64,000 nucleotides of DNA from Thermoanaerobaculia bacterium. Its GTDB lineage: Bacteria > Acidobacteriota > Thermoanaerobaculia > Multivoradales > Multivoraceae. The stretch is taken from the NCBI GenBank assembly GCA_965116955.1, contig OZ220742.1, forward strand, positions 4,303,079 to 4,367,078. The letters are read 5' to 3'. The notes beneath the pieces were generated by a model. The model had not been told where the DNA came from and made no database searches. It worked only from the letters and a program-made list of their open reading frames with translations. Positions within the stretch are counted from its first letter, which is position 1, and each line of letters begins with the position of its first letter. This document shows positions 61,166-64,000 of this stretch, in pieces. The position numbers and the translations under genes are program-made.

Positions 61166-62212
61166 TCACTCGCCCCGGTAAACGAGACCCCGGGTCCTCG
61201 TGGTGACGCGATAGAGCCCGGAGCGCGCCGTCATGTAGAGCGTGCTGCCGTCGCCGCCGAAAGCGGTATTCGCGGGCAGCTCGGCCGGCGCGATGGTGCC
61301 CAGGTGACGGCCGTCGGGCGCGAAGACCATCACGCCGCCCGGCCCGGTCGCGAAGACGTTGCCTTCTGTGTCGACGGCCAGACCGTCCGGCGCGCCGGGC
61401 GCCTCCATGCCGCTGGCGTCGAAGAACATCTCGCCTTCGCCCAGGGTGAGGTCGTCGTTCACCGCGTACTTCTTCCAGTAGCGGTTGGGCGGCGCGTCGG
61501 AGTTCGCCACGTAGAGCGTCTTCTCGTCCGGCGACAGGCCGAGGCCGTTCGGACGGGTCTGGCCGGTCTCGAGCAGGGTCACCGTGCCGTCCGGGTCCAG
61601 CCGGTAGATGCCGTTGTGGTCCTGCTCCTTGTTCTCGGACTGGTTCGGAAGGCCATAGGGCGGATCGGTAAAGAACGCGGCTCCGCTCGAGTGAAAGACG
61701 ATGTCGTTCGGACTGTTGAGCCGCTTGCCGTCGTAACGGTCGGCCAGGTTCACCCGCTCGCCCTCCAGCGCCATCGCGGACACCACGCGGTTGCCGTGCT
61801 CGCAGAGAACGAGGCGGCCGTCCGGGTGAAGCGCCAGGCCGTTCGATCCGCCTGTGCCGCCGGTGCCGGCGTCGTCGGGCAGGACCGGATCGAGGAACAC
61901 GACCGCTCCCTCACCTTCGGACCAGCGGTAGACCTTGTTCTCCGGGATGTCGCTGAAGTACAGGCGGTCGGGGTCACCGGGAACCCATACCGGGCCCTCG
62001 GTGAAGGTGAAGCCGTCCGCCACCTTCTCCACCACCGCGTCGGCGGGCACCAGGTCATCCATTGCGGGGTCGTTGCGCAGCACCGTGCCGTCACTCTCCA
62101 TCGCTTCCGTCGCCTCCTCCGCCATCGGTTCCGCTTCCTCGCTGTCGCCGCCGTAGCCACATCCCGCGACCAGCGTCACACTCAACACGATCCACGCCAG
62201 AGAACCTCTCAT
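61166..62212 (-). CDS. SMP-30/gluconolactonase/LRE family beta-propeller, lipoprotein
   Basis: 348 aa. Lipobox LVAGC. FTEGPVW, SNGLALHPDG, PNGLGLSPDEKTLYV, PDGLAVD. Confidence 0.85.
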   Translation of the reverse strand: MRGSLAWIVLSVTLVAGCGYGGDSEEAEPMAEEATEAMESDGTVLRNDPAMDDLVPADAVVEKVADGFTFTEGPVWVPGDPDRLYFSDIPENKVYRWSEGEGAVVFLDPVLPDDAGTGGTGGSNGLALHPDGRLVLCEHGNRVVSAMALEGERVNLADRYDGKRLNSPNDIVFHSSGAAFFTDPPYGLPNQSENKEQDHNGIYRLDPDGTVTLLETGQTRPNGLGLSPDEKTLYVANSDAPPNRYWKKYAVNDDLTLGEGEMFFDASGMEAPGAPDGLAVDTEGNVFATGPGGVMVFAPDGRHLGTIAPAELPANTAFGGDGSTLYMTARSGLYRVTTRTRGLVYRGE

Positions 62213-62292
62213 CGCCGACTCTCCTCCTCCAACTTGCTCTTCACTCCCACGAAAGGCGTCAGGATAGCAACCGCCACCACCGTGTCCCTTCG

Positions 62293-62321
62293 TTGCGTTC
62301 GACGGTCCAAGCTCCTATTCT
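62293..62321 (+). promoter_or_regulatory. Candidate sigma70-type promoter (TTGCGT-17 nt-TATTCT) for the serine hydrolase gene
   Basis: The hexamers lie at 62293..62298 and 62316..62321 with a 17-nt spacer, 25 nt upstream of ATG 62347. Confidence 0.3.
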
Positions 62322-62346
62322 GGCCGCGTTGCCTTCATCACCCGCC

Positions 62347-63636
62347 ATGGAAGCCGTGCCGGGACTCGCCACCGCACGGTCCGCTCCGCTCCTGGCGGCC
62401 GTCTTCCTGCTCGCGACCACCACCGCCTGTCAATCGTCCCGACCAACGGCGCCCTTGTCTCCACCGATGTCGGCCCACCCGCCACAGGCCGCCGCCGCGC
62501 TTCGCGCCGCTCCGCCCGACACGGCCGGTTTCGACGCCGTTCGGCTGGAGCGTGCCGCTGATCTGCTGGAGGAAGCTGTCGCGGCCGGCGTCACGCCCGG
62601 TGGCGTGCTTGTGGTCGCCCGCCGCGGCACGATCGTCCTCGAACAGACCGCCGGCCGCCTGACCTACGACGACGACGCCCGCGCCGTCACTCCATCGACG
62701 ATCTACGATCTGGCCTCCCTGACCAAGGTCATCGCGACGACGACCCTGATGATGCGCCGGGTCGAGTCCGGCGCGCTCGACCTGGACGCCACCGCCGCCT
62801 CCCGCCTGCCGGAACTCGAAGGGTCGCCGGTCGGCGGGGCAACGCTGCGGGACCTCCTCGCCCACTCGAGCGGCCTGCCTTGCTGCAGCGAACTGTTCCG
62901 GGAGCTCGGGGAAGGGCTCGACCGCGACGAGGCCCGCGCGCGCTACCTGGAACACATTGCCGCCACCGAACTGGAGGTCGGGCCCCGCGAACGGGCGATC
63001 TACTCCGACCTCGGCGTGCTGCTTCTCGGAGAGATCCTGGAGCGCCACTCGGGCCGGGGTTTCGCCGAACTGGTCCAGGACGAGATCCTCGGTCCGCTGG
63101 GGCTGGCCGACACCGGCTACCTGCCCGCGGATTCCCTGCGCAAACGGATCGCTCCGACCGAGTTCGACTCCTGGCGCGGCCGTCTGCCCCACGGCGAAGT
63201 CCACGACGAGAACACTCATGCCCTGGGCGGCATCGCGCCCCACGCCGGCCTGTTCGGCACCGCGCGAAACGTGGCCGCGTTCGCCCAGACGATGCTGAAC
63301 GGCGGCGCCTACGGCGGCCTTCGGCTCGCGGACGACGACACGGTTGCCCTGTTCACGCGCCGCGCGGACCTCGTGCCCGGCAGCAGCCGGGCGCTGGGCT
63401 GGGACACGCCGTCCGACCCCAGCTCCGCCGGCCGCTACTTCTCGGCCCGCTCCTACGGCCACACCGGCTTCACGGGGACCTCGCTCTGGATCGACCCGGA
63501 ACTCGAGCTGATCGTCGTCCTGCTGACCAACCGCGTCCACCCGACCCGCGAGAACATCGCGATCCGCAGACTCCGGCCGGCGATTCACGACGCCGTGGTC
63601 CTGGCGATCGAGGACACGACAGTCGAGCCACGCTAG
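62347..63636 (+). CDS. Serine hydrolase, beta-lactamase class C / esterase family, lipoprotein-like
   Basis: Start ATG 62347 (MEAVPGLATARSAPLLAAVFLLATTTAC). SxxK ASLTKV, YSD (Y-x-N position), GHTGFTG. Confidence 0.85.
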   Translation: MEAVPGLATARSAPLLAAVFLLATTTACQSSRPTAPLSPPMSAHPPQAAAALRAAPPDTAGFDAVRLERAADLLEEAVAAGVTPGGVLVVARRGTIVLEQTAGRLTYDDDARAVTPSTIYDLASLTKVIATTTLMMRRVESGALDLDATAASRLPELEGSPVGGATLRDLLAHSSGLPCCSELFRELGEGLDRDEARARYLEHIAATELEVGPRERAIYSDLGVLLLGEILERHSGRGFAELVQDEILGPLGLADTGYLPADSLRKRIAPTEFDSWRGRLPHGEVHDENTHALGGIAPHAGLFGTARNVAAFAQTMLNGGAYGGLRLADDDTVALFTRRADLVPGSSRALGWDTPSDPSSAGRYFSARSYGHTGFTGTSLWIDPELELIVVLLTNRVHPTRENIAIRRLRPAIHDAVVLAIEDTTVEPR

Positions 63637-64000
63637 AACTTCACACCCAGCCCTCGCAGATCCCGTTCCGCCTGCTCTTCCCAACCGCGGTTCGCGGCCG
63701 GACTGGCCGGGCTCGGATGGAGCATCCGGCCAAACGGCACGTCGAGGTCCCCGAGCGCACGCCGCGCCCGGCCTTCCGCGAAAGCACCGACACCGACCAC
63801 GAGCCGCGCCTCCAACGCCTCCACCGTCCTCCTCAACGCCCGATCGCATGCAGCGAACAATGGTGTCTTCTCACGCGACGGTAGCCGGTCCGGCGTCAGG
63901 TTCGCGCCGCCTTCCAACAGGAACGCCAGCGGACAGTAGTTCCAGATCAGAAATCGATCGAAGAACGCCCGCGGAGTTCCGAATCGGCGCTCCGCCCAAC
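63633..64000 (-). CDS. Uracil-DNA glycosylase family protein (SMUG1-like); 5' part of gene beyond window end
   Basis: The track ORF 63633..63917 begins at a TTG, but the frame stays open to base 64000 (..FFDRFLIWNYCPLAFLLEGGANLTP). HPSPASPAANRGW matches the SMUG1 HPSPRNP motif. Confidence 0.75.
   Translation of the reverse strand, partial: WAERRFGTPRAFFDRFLIWNYCPLAFLLEGGANLTPDRLPSREKTPLFAACDRALRRTVEALEARLVVGVGAFAEGRARRALGDLDVPFGRMLHPSPASPAANRGWEEQAERDLRGLGVKF

Overview
This is a very GC-rich 64-kb chromosomal segment (roughly two thirds to 70% G+C by eye, not computed). The organism is a diderm (Gram-negative) bacterium, judged from a TonB-dependent receptor, porin-like barrels ending in Phe, lipoboxes, and Tat and Sec signal peptides. 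I support about 55 protein-coding genes. Many sit in tightly packed operons with ATGA, GTGA or TTGA stop/start overlaps. I found no rRNA, tRNA, CRISPR array, transposase or integrase.

Content:
- Housekeeping genes: lon, rsgA, PPK2 and a SMUG1-type UDG.
- Two divergent Cys-type sulfatases.
- A putative methylated-amine or small-solute catabolic island: TonB receptor, HTH-GcvT fusion, two CrtI-like flavoproteins, a Rieske oxygenase, a Na+/solute symporter and a GNAT.
- A peptide-type ABC importer without ATPase genes.
- A periplasmic redox neighbourhood: three PQQ-type propellers, a dihaem cytochrome c, and two tandem haem-c/PHM-like copper monooxygenase fusions.
- An extended sulfite/nitrite reductase.
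- Assorted hydrolases.

Most interesting observations:
1. A four-gene, translationally coupled membrane operon at 32239-36422. It pairs a MotA/ExbB-like protein carrying a long coiled-coil tail with a MotB/ExbD-like protein. Its other two members are a vWA-like single-pass protein and a 4-TM coiled-coil protein. I see no recognisable effector. It is a candidate undescribed stator-unit-based system.
2. An ArsC-family gene (7978-8307) readable only if an in-frame TGA is selenocysteine, with a SECIS-like hairpin downstream.
3. An IclR-HTH/GcvT fusion.
4. A 34-bp inverted repeat element in an intergenic region.

The many long Arg/Pro/Gly-rich ORFs in the track are antisense or off-frame shadows typical of high-GC DNA. 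All family calls rest on motif recognition by eye. No searches were run.
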